This document shows positions 26,220 to 39,200 of a stretch of DNA of 64,000 bases, one piece after another; position 1 is the first letter of the stretch, and the number at the start of each line of letters is the position of its first letter. The notes beneath the pieces were generated by a model. The model was given only the letters and a program-made list of their open reading frames with translations. It ran no database searches and had not been told where the DNA came from. The stretch comes from Octopus sinensis (taxonomy: Eukaryota). The stretch lies in assembly GCF_006345805.1 (NCBI RefSeq), contig NC_043007.1, forward strand, positions 40,238,001-40,302,000. The letters run 5' to 3'. A program made the position numbers and the translations under genes.

Positions 26220-26336
26220 TTATTCTCTTGAATTTCTTCGTTGCAAAGATGACAATTTAGGTAAAAGGTTAGCTTCTGTATTTTTCACCTTGAGAATATC
26301 AAATTTATTGTTTGAAACCAAACATTGAATTTCCGT
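26220..26336 (-). CDS. Candidate alternative terminal exon TEIQCLVSNNKFDILKVKNTEANLLPKLSSLQRRNSRE*
   Basis: cttttag acceptor; open for 38 codons in phase 0 after the 27366 exon; TAA stop overlaps AATAAA. Confidence 0.4.
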   Translation of the reverse strand, partial: TEIQCLVSNNKFDILKVKNTEANLLPKLSSLQRRNSRE

Positions 26337-26710
26337 CTAAAAGTGCAATGTAACCCCTTTACTGCAGAGTAGGGACCAGCATGCCAAAGAAGAGACAATA
26401 AACCTGTTTCCTCTGCATGGCATAAAAGGAAACTAAATGAGGCTGTGGTAGCATTTGCACTTTGACCTCATAAAACTCTCGCTAGCAACCACTGCTCAAA
26501 CAAACCCATGTGTTGGAGGGTTATCACTGGATTGTTACAGAAGTGTCATCCACCAGGAGTAGGGAACTACCAACAAATGGTAGATGGAGTGATACGCTGT
26601 TACAGGACATCTGCCCATACTCCTCCTCCTCCTGCTGCTTCTGCTGCTACTGCTGCTGCTACTACTACTACTACTACTACGGAAATCTGATGTATCCACT
26701 AAAATTTTCA

Positions 26711-26885
26711 TTACCTTCAACTGCAGAAAGCAGTTTTATATATCAATCTATCTTTTGTGGAAGCATATCATGTTTGAAATAATTTTACTGATATATGTCA
26801 AGTGTATTGAGTTCTACTTTCTGAGAGATATTTAACAGTATTACAGGAATATCCAGGAAATTCAACTTCACAGTTGAAGGGTTAA
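26711..26885. mobile_element. Short piggyBac-like MITE
   Basis: ttaccttcaactg ... cagttgaagggttaa terminal inverted repeats. Confidence 0.5.
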
Positions 26886-27365
26886 TAAAAAATGCAAAAA
26901 AACAATGACAACTCACAACTAAAATTTATATCTGATACATAATATATTAGTTCTTTTTTTTTAATTGAATTTCAGTTTGGATTTATTAATATATATATAT
27001 TCCATATGTTCCCTTACTTATCATATTTCTATTCCAATCTTCAAAAATATCTTATACAATTCCAAATAAAACCAAACCAAAAATTTCAGACTTTAAAACA
27101 AAATTTAAGAAAAAAAATGGTTTATAAACATAAAGAATAAAAGAAACCGAAGAAAAGTAATTCTCAATCTAAATAACCAATTCTGTTCTTTCACTAGTCA
27201 GTCTGACACTGAAGCATTAGATTGTATTAAATTTAACTTAAGTTCAGAAGAGAGAATGAGAGAAAGAGAGAGAGAAAATAAAAGATATTTATAGATGAGC
27301 ATAAATTAAATTTAAAATCATGTATAGGAATTATTTCTTCACCAAAGAAAAAGGTGTCTATTTAC

Positions 27366-27425
27366 CGTTTCAAAAGATATGTCATCATCATTGTTTTTCT
27401 CTTGCTGTTCAACTTCAGCCAATTC
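27366..27425 (-). CDS. TRIP11: TRIP11 exon ELAEVEQQEKNNDDDISFET
   Basis: strong pyrimidine tract plus tag acceptor, gtaaat donor, 60 nt, phase 0-0. Confidence 0.8.
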
Positions 27426-29049
27426 CTACAAATAAATAAGAAAAAAAAAAGAAAAAAGAACAAAATTATTTAAAGAAATTTTTTTTTTAATAGGTACAAT
27501 TTATTTGAAATTATAAATACAAAGAGAGCTGAGCATCGAATGCAAAGGGGTTGAATACATAACCTGCAAACCAGATCTGGTCTTTGGTAATGTTTAGCCT
27601 CGTCACAGGCAGATTTAGGTTGCTCAATTTCATGTTAAAAATTTGTAATTATTATTTTTGAAATATAAACTATTCGATTAAATATATATCCTTAACATGC
27701 TTTCAGAGTCAGAGCTGAGTTTGACTACAGTTGCGGTTAACACCAGTTCTGATTAGTGAAAACAGACATCTTAGGGAATCTCAACCGATCACGAAGATTA
27801 TAAATTGATATAGTAAAATATGTGACTTATTTTCCCTTCACTTAGTCTATACACACTCAGCCAAATAAAGTTTTTTGTTTGTTTTTAGTTTACAGACATG
27901 TTTGCCAAATAGATTCCAGTGATATTAATAATAATGAAAGGTTTGGCAGCTAAAACAGCGGACACTGCCTATCAAGAACTAGTTTTGTCGGGAATTATAT
28001 GTACGCATTTAGACAATTTCTTCTATCTCCATTCTCATTTTAAGGAGTCTTAATAGGATTGTATGTATGTGTGTGTGTATGTGTGCATGCACGCAATATG
28101 AATTTACTATTTCCACACATTTCTGCACACAAATTCTGTTAACATCTCAATCATTTTTTTACTTTCTATCATCATCATCATCATCATCATCATCTAACAT
28201 CTATGTTCCATGCTGGCAAGGGCTGGATGGTTTCACAGGACCTGATGAGTCTAAGAACTGCGTAATGCTCCAGTGTCTGCTTTGGTCTGATTTCTACTAC
28301 AAATACCACTCACTGTAATGCTTAATTAAACACGATGATATTGGTCCCTTTACCCATTTACTTTAACTGGCACCATGAAGAAGATTTGTAGAAATAATTA
28401 TCTCTGTCTGGCCTGTGAGATCTAATTTATGATTCAATCCAGCCCACAATGCCAATCACCTCTAATCTAAAGTGCACTTCTGGTCTGAGAGTGGAGCTTG
28501 GATTCATAATTCATAATAAGATTATTATGTTTTTATGTATTATTGTATGTTGTCCTTCAAGCAATGTACATCTCAAAGAGTAAAATAGGTTTTCACACCA
28601 TACGGTAAACAATGAAATTTGTAGGGACCATGACCTTATTTTTACGCAGCACATAAATAACATCCAGACAAAGGGAAGACAAAAACATATTCAGATACAT
28701 ATACATATACATACACACACACACACACACACCTACTATAAGTACAAGGTCTGAAATATTGGGGAAGAAGTGAGTGAATTACATTGACCCCAGTACTTGA
28801 TTGGTACATTATTTTATCGACCCTGAAGGGATGATAAGCAAAGTCAACCTCACTGGAATTTGAACTCAGAATGTAAAGTGTCAAAAGAAATGTCATTTAG
28901 TGAGTATAGGTAGCTAGAAATGTAGATAGAGGAGGGGAGTTCTATAGGTAGCTAAATAAATAAATGATGCTACCACAGCACGTAAATAATCAACTACTAA
29001 GAACCCCTACAGCAGTATTAAAGATTAAATAAAATAAAAATTCACTCAC

Positions 29050-29302
29050 CTTTTGGTCTTGAGCCAAATTGTTAGCAGACTCCTTATCCTTCAGTTGATT
29101 CCGCAAATTCATAAGGACATCTTCAAGAGCTTCTTTCTCAAGCTGCCAATCAGACTTGAGGTACTCAAAACGCTCTATCTCCCTCTCATATTTTTCAACT
29201 TGATTCTGTAGAGCAGACATCTGTTCTTGCATCTCTGATCTAGAGGCATTCTTATTTTGGCAGTCATTCTCATCCAAGTCCTCAAATGGTCTATGTGAGG
29301 CA
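29050..29302 (-). CDS. TRIP11: TRIP11 exon ASHRPFEDLDEND...LKSDWQLEKEALEDVLMNLRNQLKDKESANNLAQDQK
   Basis: ttttaag acceptor, gtgagt donor, 253 nt, phase 2-0, coiled coil. Confidence 0.88.
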
Positions 29303-31102
29303 CTTAAAACAGAAAGAACCAGTTTAAAATATTACCACCATATATGCAGGTGAATGAGTGAGTATGTATGTGTGTGCATTTGTATGTATGCTTGAGTGAA
29401 TGCAAATGTATATATGAGACAATTTAATCAGAATATTATCTTTTTTAATCTTATATTACTAGCTTCAGTCTTAGGATTGGGGCCAAACTGGAGCAATGCT
29501 TTCAAGGGATATTTTTAGTGGAACATAAATCTAGATTCAACAAATGGCTAAGTTCTACTCAGTGTAAAAGAAAGCCAACTCATTATACCACACACAGTAA
29601 TCATATATCATCATCATTTAGTGTTCTCTTTCCATGCTGGTACAGGTTGAATGGCTTGACATAGAACTGGCTAGCAGGGAGCCGTCCAGACTCCAACTGT
29701 CTGTTGAGGCATAGTTTCTACAGCTGAATGCCCTTTCTAATGCCAACCGCTTAACAGAGCATGCAGTATGCTTTCTTTGTGCCACCAGCATGGATGCATT
29801 AACACAGTACTGGCACAGATGCTTTTCCAGTGGTACCGGCACTTGGAGGACAAGCCTGTCATTGCAGAAGACAACAATTTTACTCAGCCTGACATGGCTT
29901 ATCAAGAACAGCAAATTGCCACATCTCCCAGTCCCTTGTCATTTCCTCAGTGAGGCCCAGCATCTGAAGATCCTTTCTCACTAACTATATCGTTTTATAA
30001 CAGCTGCAAAGCTACATCAGTGACTCGAAAACTAACAGTTTACAGCAAATGCACTTATCAAGATATATATAAAATTACATACTGTACTTATATATAGCAA
30101 AAATATGTGATTGTTTCAGAAAGAATTGTTAGAAAATTTTATTGACATCTCTGATGAGAGCAGAAGATATACAAATTCAGTGGATGGAGAAAAAAGTACT
30201 ACTCTCCTTTACAACAAACAAAATTACAACATATCAATTTAATCAACTGACCCCTTCCTACTAAATATCTGGCCCACTGCTTATATTAGAAATTAACAGA
30301 ATCAGTAGAGCATTAGACAAAATTTCTTATGGTATTAGTTCCAGGTCTATGTTCTAAGTCCAACATGTTGTGGTTAACTGGAATAAAAAAAATACCAGTT
30401 ATTCAACTATTTACCTCTCTTCCAATATATTTGGCTGAGGCTGGAAATAATTGTGGCCATCATTCAAACTGAATATTATTTATACAATCATTATCATCAT
30501 CATCATCATCACCACCACCACCACCACCACTTAATGTCTGTTTTCCAAGCTGGCATGGTTTGACAGGAGCTGGCAAGCCAGAGAGCTGTGCCAGGCTCCA
30601 GTCATCTCTTTTGGCTTGGTATCTAAGGCTGGATGCACTTTCTGATACCAACCGCTTTACAGAATGTACAGGGAACTTTTTATGTAGCACCCACATAAGT
30701 ACCATTTAAATCGAACTGGCACAGGTGCTTTCTATGTGGAACCGGCACAGGTGCTTCTTATTTGGCACCAGCAGTTACTTTTTACATGGCACCAGCACCA
30801 TTGGGGTTGCCAAGTAACTTGCAAGACAAAGACCTTCTAGTTGAGAGAGAGGGAGTAGAACAGAGAAGTGGCTGTGTGCCAGGTGAGAGGTTAGAGTATG
30901 ATAAAGGGACAGAAATAGTTGTCTTACTATAGAGGATAAACCACTGTTACTTGAATAAAAAAAAAATTGCATCTTAATTATAAGGACTTGTAGAAAGGGC
31001 ATGGCATTAAGACAAATGCCTTCCTCAGCACTGAGTAGAGAAAAAGATAATGAGTTCCAAAACCAGATGTTCATTCTTTGCATGAAAACCAGGAACACTT
31101 AC

Positions 31103-31160
31103 CGCTGAAGAACATTAGAACTTCCTTCTAATTCATCATAATGGTCCCAACTCATATTTC
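31103..31160 (-). CDS. TRIP11: TRIP11 exon (G)NMSWDHYDELEGSSNVLQ(R)
   Basis: long poly-T tract plus ccag acceptor, gtaagt donor, 58 nt, phase 1-2. Confidence 0.8.
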
Positions 31161-32074
31161 CTGGAAAAAGAAAAAAACAAAAAAATCATTACATGTAAGT
31201 GTGTGTGTGTGTGAGTGCGTGCACGTGTGCACACACATATACACAATGGTAGCAGCGTATATTTGCCCACCTCTAACATTGAAGATTCCTCTAGTATCTA
31301 AGGGAGATAATTACTCCATTATTTTTTTTTTTCTTTCTTTTTTCAGAAACAAGATATAGTTTTCTTTTTATTTATAAAAATAACTTAACAGAAAAAAATT
31401 CTGATACACTTTTAATTAAATACGCATTATTACAAGATTCTTAATAAAAATTTTAAACATTCTTGCCTCTGTACTTAAAAAAAAAAATGAAACTGTTGTT
31501 CAAGTCCAGAAATACATTTTTTAGTATTACTTAGTTGTCAATTCCAAAACAAAATGAGTAAAAGAGAAATCTATATAGAGAGGAAATAATATGCATCATC
31601 TAGTAAATATTTCAGACTCAGACAGCTAGAGGAAAGTGAGGCAATGAAGGATAAATTGTTCTACTCAGAAACAAAATGTGAGGCTAGTACATCTGTCACT
31701 GTTTATCATGGAGGTTAGGTACTTCAAAAGAGAAGGGAAAAAGAAAAAGAAAAACGTTATATACATCAATGATAAATGAATACTAGAACAGATGGGTAAA
31801 ATAGATTTCATTTCAAAACTTTAAGTTATCCCTCTAACATACCCAAATAATACATCCAAAACACTTTTTAATTATACACAATGTTATTGTTTCATGTTTG
31901 GGGAAATATTTAAAGTAAATAACATGTGATCTGAAATGTCTCATAATAAACAAACTCTTTGACTGATTGCTAACCTGGGTTTCGTGATAAGCATAACATG
32001 GTTCCCAATCAAGCATATCATGTTATCCTGAATCAGTGATAAACGAGAACAGATGTACTGGTAACGAGTAAAGG

Positions 32075-32107
32075 ATACTGGTCGGTAATGATGCTAAACT
32101 TTATATA
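32075..32107 (-). promoter_or_regulatory. Candidate intronic core promoter (TATA plus Inr-like)
   Basis: TATATAAAG at 32107-32099 and CCAGT about 28 nt downstream, in a non-repetitive block. Confidence 0.25.
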
Positions 32108-33122
32108 AAAGATGAGCCACAGAACTGATTGTCAAAAAACTCGTTCACCAACCAGCTACATTAGTTGACATATTGTTTTATTTCTCAGTCTCCGTCACTG
32201 TTACTGTGATGACCTTTGCTCAATTTGAATAATTAGCTGGATGTTCTCTCTACTTGTCTCTCATCTCGTGTAATACTTATAGTGATTCACTTCCCTGACC
32301 TTATATAAATTATTAAATACAGTCCTTCCTCCCCACAACTTCCAACTTCTACAATTCTATACCCAATCACATTTTACCTGCTGGCATGAAGTCACGCATA
32401 TATCCAATCACATCATCATCTCTATCACTTAATGTCCATTTTCTATGCTTTCATGAACTGGACAACTTGGCAGGAACTAGCAAGGTCAGAGAATGCACCA
32501 GGTACCAGACTGTTTTGGCTTGGTTTCTACAGTAGGATGCCCTTCCTAATATCAATCAGTTTACAGAGAGTATTAGGTGCTTTTTACATGACACCATCAC
32601 CAGAGCTTTTTATGTGGCATCATCAGCAGTGCTTTTTACCTGGCACCAGCACTAATGCATTTTACCTGGCACTGGCACCAGAGCTTTTTACATGAAATTC
32701 AAAATTCTAGGAGGGCTAATAAAGGTCAAGTCACTGCACTTTGAAGTATTTCAAGTCAATAACAAAGCTTCCACATAGTCACTTGTCCTGCTAGAAATAA
32801 CAGCCAATTCTCCATCAGATCACAATCTCCTTCTTCAAGCAACTGCAGATGAATTTAACAATGCTACACTAGGAATCTTTGCCATCCATTAGCTTTAATT
32901 GGGTCCTCATTTTCATGTTCTGTATATCTGAGTTTAACAGCAGAGTGGTTTTTATTCACTATATAGAAATCACATCCTACTGTCTTAAAAAACATGCTGG
33001 ATTATATAGTCCCCTGTATACATAAAGATAGGTTGGTCATGGATGGATAGCCTTAAATCACAGGTTTACTTGATCAAGGTTGACCTGGAGCTACACAATG
33101 GCACCTGATATATTTAGCTTAC

Positions 33123-33248
33123 CTTCTAATTCGACAACTGGCTTTGAGTCTTCTTCCAAATGTTTCTTCAAGTTGCCATTTTCTTTGATGAGTACAAAAT
33201 TTTGGTTCTTTAGGTCTTCAATTTCACTCCTTAGAGATTCCAAAGTGT
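33123..33248 (-). CDS. TRIP11: TRIP11 exon (D)TLESLRSEIEDLKNQNFVLIKENGNLKKHLEEDSKPVVELE
   Basis: tttccag acceptor, gtaagc donor, 126 nt, phase 1-1. Confidence 0.85.
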
Positions 33249-33479
33249 CTGGAAAAACAACGAAAGACATCAAATATGTGTGTGTGTGTGTTTGTGCAAG
33301 CATGGGCATGTACTTATAAAGTTTACTTCCTACTGAGTGTATTTTTCATAGCTGAAGTACTAGGAAAGTTCTCAAATATAAATACATATAGATATATTAT
33401 ACACACACACACTTATTCTATCAGTTTCTTTGCCAAACCACTTGGGGGGACAAACACAGACGCACAAACATATACACAT

Positions 33480-33528
<49 letters not shown>

Positions 33529-34345
33529 CATATATACGATGGGCTTCTTTCAGATTCCGTCTACCAAATCCACACACAAGGTGCCACACAGTGGGACTGA
33601 ACCTAGAACCATGTGGTTCGTAAGCAAGCTACTTACCACACAGCCACTCCTACGCCTATAGATAGTAGGCAAAAATTAACAACAAAATGTAAAAAAAAAA
33701 ACACATTCACAAGGTATAGAAACAACCATAACATTTTATCACCATGTTTCATTCAAATTCATGCAATAGTTGTACTTTTTATGGTTTTTATACTGGACAC
33801 ATCATCATCCTAATTTTACATACATTTTCCACTCTGGCAGGGTTGGATGGTTTGACCAGAACAGGTAAGCTGGAGAGCTGCACCAGGTTCTAGTCATTTG
33901 TTTTGGCAAGGTTTCTATGGCTGGATGCCCTTGCTAATGCGAACCATTTTACAGAGTTTACTGGGTGATTTTTACTTGGTCCCAGCATGGGGGGAGATTT
34001 ATATATACAGAAAACACTACAAGAAATTGAGAGTTAAAGACAGAAACAATTAAATGATAGCCTCAAACAATGGCAGCATTTTCCAGCCTACGGGTCGAAT
34101 TTTCTAGACTAAAACTTACACCCCAAAAAAGGCAGGTCAAAGAAAAAAATCTCTGGTTGAATGGTTACCTGGGAGAAAGTGGGTGAGGGCAACTTATACA
34201 ATGAGTATAGACACAAGACCTGATTTTTATTTTTACTGAAATATCTACCTCGGCTTATATACTGCATCAACCTGTATGATTGGGAGCACAGTAAGCAGTT
34301 AATTAACTAGACAACAAAATACAGGAACTCAAAGAAACTTCTCAC

Positions 34346-34385
34346 CTCGGTAATCACCTTCTCCTTTCTCTTCTCTGTAGGATAC
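34346..34385 (-). CDS. TRIP11: TRIP11 small exon VSYREEKGEGDYR
   Basis: tttcag acceptor, gtgaga donor, 40 nt; phase 0-1 is needed to connect the flanking exons. Confidence 0.75.
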
Positions 34386-35312
34386 CTGAAATAAATAAAA
34401 GGATGTTTGTTACATGAACGGATTAATAGCACTTCATTGTCATCTTAAACTTTCTCACATATAGACATTCATTTACTGTCACTCTCTCTCTCTGTCTCGG
34501 AGACATACCCATTATTTCTTAACATGGTAATAATTGAGTGAGATATGCTGACACATGCTTTCGTATAATCCATTTCCTTAACATTAATGTTTATGCATGC
34601 ATATGTACATGTATGTATGTGTGTATATGTATGTATATCTTTATATATACACATATGTACATATAAATATACTTATCTATATAAGCATATAAGCACGTAT
34701 CTGTCTGTCTGTCTTTCTATCTATCACGTATGTACGTATGTATGTATGTATGTATCTATCTATCTACCTACCTACCTACCTACCTACCTACCTACCTATA
34801 TATTATACATACATTATGAAGGTTACTCTGATTACTCTGCATAAAATACAAAATACTTTATTTTTTGTAGATTAGGTAGGCATAATTCATCCCTGCCTTT
34901 CAATCTCAATATAAACACTATGCACAGGACTACTGTAGTACATGTGCAGTGTACATTCCTACAACGTTTTCTTTACATGCTATAAAGGCAGAAGTAAACC
35001 TGGATACAACTCAGTCACATGCCTGTGTTTCACTTATTTTTTTGTGTGTCTTTCTACATAAACATCACCAACTGCCTACCCTGAGTAATTACTGATGGCA
35101 TATATATATATATATATTATATATATATATATAATATATATATATATATCTATATCAGTTGTCAACTGTGGAACAGGAGAGTCACTACATAAACCTGACA
35201 ATTGCGTAATACACGAAACTACTAGTTTATTTCACTATTGTAAAATTGTAAAAACTGTGAATAATAAAATGTGAAAATCAGACTAAGTTGCAATTTCATT
35301 GATTAATAAATA

Positions 35313-35346
<34 letters not shown>

Positions 35347-35778
35347 TTTGTGTCTACTTATTCCCTGCCTCCCCCTCTACAGCTTGACAATCAGTATTGT
35401 TGTGTTTACGTCCTTGTAATTCATTAGTTTGGCAAGAGATTGATAAAATAGGTACCAAGTACCAGCCTTAAGAAAACAGAAAATACTGGGGCCCCAGTGT
35501 GAGTGCAGTCTGTCCTAGCAAGGCTGCAGCCTAATGGCTGAGACAAGTAAAAGATAAAAGATATGATTGAGCTGAAAACTGTAAAGACAATGAACAAATG
35601 AATGTCATGCATGACTGAACAACTGGAATGAAGGGAATATATGTTACTTCAACCACATCTGACCCAATTACGTTTGGTTGCATGCACGGTCTGTGTGAGC
35701 GTGTATATGTATCAATAATATATTTAAACTATGTTACTAACATTCAGAAGAGACAGAACAAAGGTACCAAAAAAAAAA

Positions 35779-35825
<47 letters not shown>

Positions 35826-36162
35826 TACAGCAGGATCAAAAATAAAGAAGAAAAAGCGAACAATTATGACAAACTGAAGTAGGAAATATACAGGTTAAGG
35901 GCAATGAAGAGAGTGGATGTGATTGGTGTACTTGGCAGTATTAGCACTCAACTACCAACATGGGTCAAAAAGATTGGTACAAATGGTAAAGAAAGAACAC
36001 CTTCAAAAATTAGCTTTGCTAGGAACTGCAAGAGTTCTCCACATGGTTCTTGAAGCATAATCTGTAAACAAATATAACCGTAGTCTGCAGGCTGTGGGCA
36101 GCTGCCAATTTCCATCATAACCAGCAAAATAAGCCGAGAGTTTTCATCAAATAATAATAATA

Positions 36163-36193
<31 letters not shown>

Positions 36194-36518
36194 TACAGCA
36201 GGATCAAAAATAAAGAAGAAAAAGCGAACAATTATGACAAACTGAAGTAGGAAATATACAGGTTAAGGGCAATGAAGAGAGTGGATGTGATTGGTGTACT
36301 TGACAGTATTAGCACTCAACTACCAACATGGGTCAAAAAGATTGGTACAAATGGTAAAGAAAGAACACCTTCAAAAATTAGCTTTGCTAGGAACTGCAAG
36401 AGTTCTCCACATGGTTCTTGAAGCATAATCTGTAAACAAATATAACCTTAGTCTGCAGGCTGTGGGCAGCTGCCAATTTCCATCATAACCAGCAAAATAA
36501 GCCGAGAGTTTTCATCAA
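35826..36518 (+). mobile_element. Two tandem 325-bp 3' ends of an R4/Dong-like LINE inside (AAT)n
   Basis: Units 35826-36150 and 36194-36518, two differences seen; KEEKANNYDKLK*EIYRL..VIGVLG and caaaaattagctttgctaggaactgcaaga (QKLALLGTAR) resemble a restriction-like endonuclease C-terminus. Confidence 0.75.
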
Positions 36519-36545
36519 ATAATAATAATAATAATAATAATAATG

Positions 36546-36577
<32 letters not shown>

Positions 36578-37642
36578 TCTTTCTACTAAAGGTACAAGGC
36601 CTGAAATTTTGGGGGAGGGGACTAGTGAATAACAATGACCTCAGTACTCAACTGGTACTTAATTTATCAACCACAAAAGGTTAAAAGTCGACCTCAGTGG
36701 AATAATGATAATAATTATAATCCTTTCTACTATAGGCACAAGGCCTGAAAATTTTTGGGGAAGGAACTAGTTGGTTATATTGACTCTGGAACTCAGGTGA
36801 TACTTAGTTTTTCAACCCTGAAAGGAAGAAAGGCAAACTCAACCTCAGCGGAATTTGAGCTCAGAATGTATTGACAGACGAAATACTGCTAAGCATTTCA
36901 CCTGGTATGATGGCAGTGAAGGAATATATCTATCAATCATCAGTTTAGCTGGAGCATTACCCAACCAGTTCAGTAAAGACATTATCAGGTTACCTGCAAG
37001 GTGTGGATATGAGCCTGTTTGAAAATATAGCAATACTGGGATCCGTAAATGTTGTCAGTACATTCTGCTACAGCCTTTGTTAACCATAAATACTCCTATG
37101 TCATCCAAGATGTATCAAAATCTTTATTTGGATATTCCATAACCCATAAGCAATAAAGAAATAAGTTCTATTTTTCTTTCTTTTGTGCTAATGTTTTTGA
37201 TAGGCCCACTTTTAGAGAGGAGAGAGGAGAGAAAGAAAAAGGGAGATGGAGAGAGAGAGAAAGAGAGAGAGAGTGTGTGTGTGTGTGTCTATTTGTATGT
37301 CTGAGTTTTGTGTCACCAGTAATACAAGATATTCTTAGATGTTCCACAACAACTGTATTGTTAAAAAATAATGCTTTCTAATTTTGACACAAACCCAGCA
37401 ATTTTGAGGGGAGAAGGAAACAATTGCATTGACCCTAATACTGAGGTAGTATGTATTTTATCAGCCTCAACAGATGGAAAGCAAAGATGATTTGGCAGCA
37501 TTTGAACACAAAACAAAAAACCAGAATAAATGATGCTAAGCATTTGTGCAGTTGTGATTCTGCCTAAAGAGAAGATGATGCCATGATGTATGTACGTAAG
37601 CTTGTAGTTTATGTGTATATAAATCATATAGGTTACACTTAC

Positions 37643-37707
37643 TTTATCTTTGTCACTATCCATATTTGCAACTGTTTCTCCCTTCTTTTGAGCACCTACA
37701 TCATTTT
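37643..37707 (-). CDS. TRIP11: TRIP11 exon (K)NDVGAQKKGETVANMDSDKDK
   Basis: tttcag acceptor, gtaagt donor, 65 nt, phase 1-0. Confidence 0.8.
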
Positions 37708-37815
37708 CTGAAACAAGTGAAAAATATCTTTAAAAATGCTTGTCTGTGTGTGTGTCTTTTTGTAATTTTTTTATGATACCTTCATTTATTTTGATTTTAC
37801 ACATTATATATATAT

Positions 37816-38046
37816 ATTTCTTTACTACCCACAAGGGCTAAACACAGAGGGGACAAACAAGGACAGACAAAGGTATTAAGTCGATTACATCGACCCCAGT
37901 GCGTAACTGGTACTTAATTTATCGACCCCGAAAGATGGAAAGGCAAAGTCGACCTCGGCGGAATTTGAACTCAGAACGTAACGACAGATGAAATACGGCT
38001 ACGAATTTTGCCCGGCGTGCTAACGTTTCTACCAGCTCGCCGCCTT
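37816..38046 (-). mobile_element. Young full-length Meta-like tRNA SINE (variant B) in (TA)n
   Basis: Intact head ggcggcgagctggtagaaacgttagc, B box gagttcaaattcc, CpGs retained. Confidence 0.85.
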
Positions 38047-38774
38047 GTATATATATATATGTTATATATATATGTTAATCTATACCAGATCTGGTGTGTT
38101 TACAAATTTTTAATTTCTTTTATATTGTTGTTGTTGTTGTAATGGTTCAGCTCAAGTCAACTCTGACCAAGCTGACCATATGATCAAAGGTATTTAAGTC
38201 ATGACCATTCCATCTTTGTTTAAGACTGTATCTTCGATACCTTCATTACTAAGACAGAAGTTAGATTGGGAAATATTTTGACAGCTTTTTCTAGTGGGCT
38301 ATGCAGCCACTTAAAGGTCCTCCACTTCCCTGTCTTCAGTGACCTTCCGAAACATTTTCATAAGAGTACCACCACATCAAAAGACAAAAAAAGATAAACA
38401 TATCTCAATAGTATGAGAAGAAACTGACACTTCTACTGCAGTTGCACTCACCCCCATGCCACTCCTTATCCACCATTCGCTATATCCACACATCAACTCA
38501 AGCCAGTCTCTACAGTTGTCACCTACTCTTCATTATCTCTCCTGCTTATTATCCACTCAACATTTGTCCATCATTCATTATAATCACTACCTCACCCTTT
38601 CCCAATCTCTCACTCCCTCTCCATACATTCTTGTTGACAGTCAAAACCAGTACAACAAGACTCTTGGTACCTACTAGACTATAAGCTCACTTAGTTGGAC
38701 GACCAATAAACGAAGATATTTATCTTTGATCAGGTACCAGCAAGGAATATTATTGGTTTCCATTATTTTAATAA

Positions 38775-39200
38775 TTGTTTCAAATTTTGACACCAGGCCA
38801 GTAATTTTGCTGGGAGAAGCAAGTTGATCACATTGAACCCAGTACTCAACTGGTACTAATTTTACTGACCCTGAAGGGACAAAAGGCAAAGTTGACCTCA
38901 GTGGTATTCGAACTCAGAAAGTAAAGCTGGAGGAAATATCACAAAGCATTTTGCCCAGTGCAGTAATGATTCTGCCAGCTCACCACTTTTTTTTTTTTGG
39001 TGATTTTAATAATCCTTTCTGCTATAGGCACAAGGCCTGAAATTTTGGGTGAGGGATTAAGTAGATTATATCAACCCTACTACTCAACTGGTACTCAATT
39101 TATCAACCCCGAAAGGATGAAAGGCAAAGTCGACCTCAGCAGAATTTGAACTCTGAACGTAGCAGCAGGCAAAATGCTGCTAAGCATTTTGCCTGCCATT
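38775..39200 (-). mobile_element. Two tandem Meta-like SINE copies
   Basis: Same consensus as the 19590-21450 array. Confidence 0.7.
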
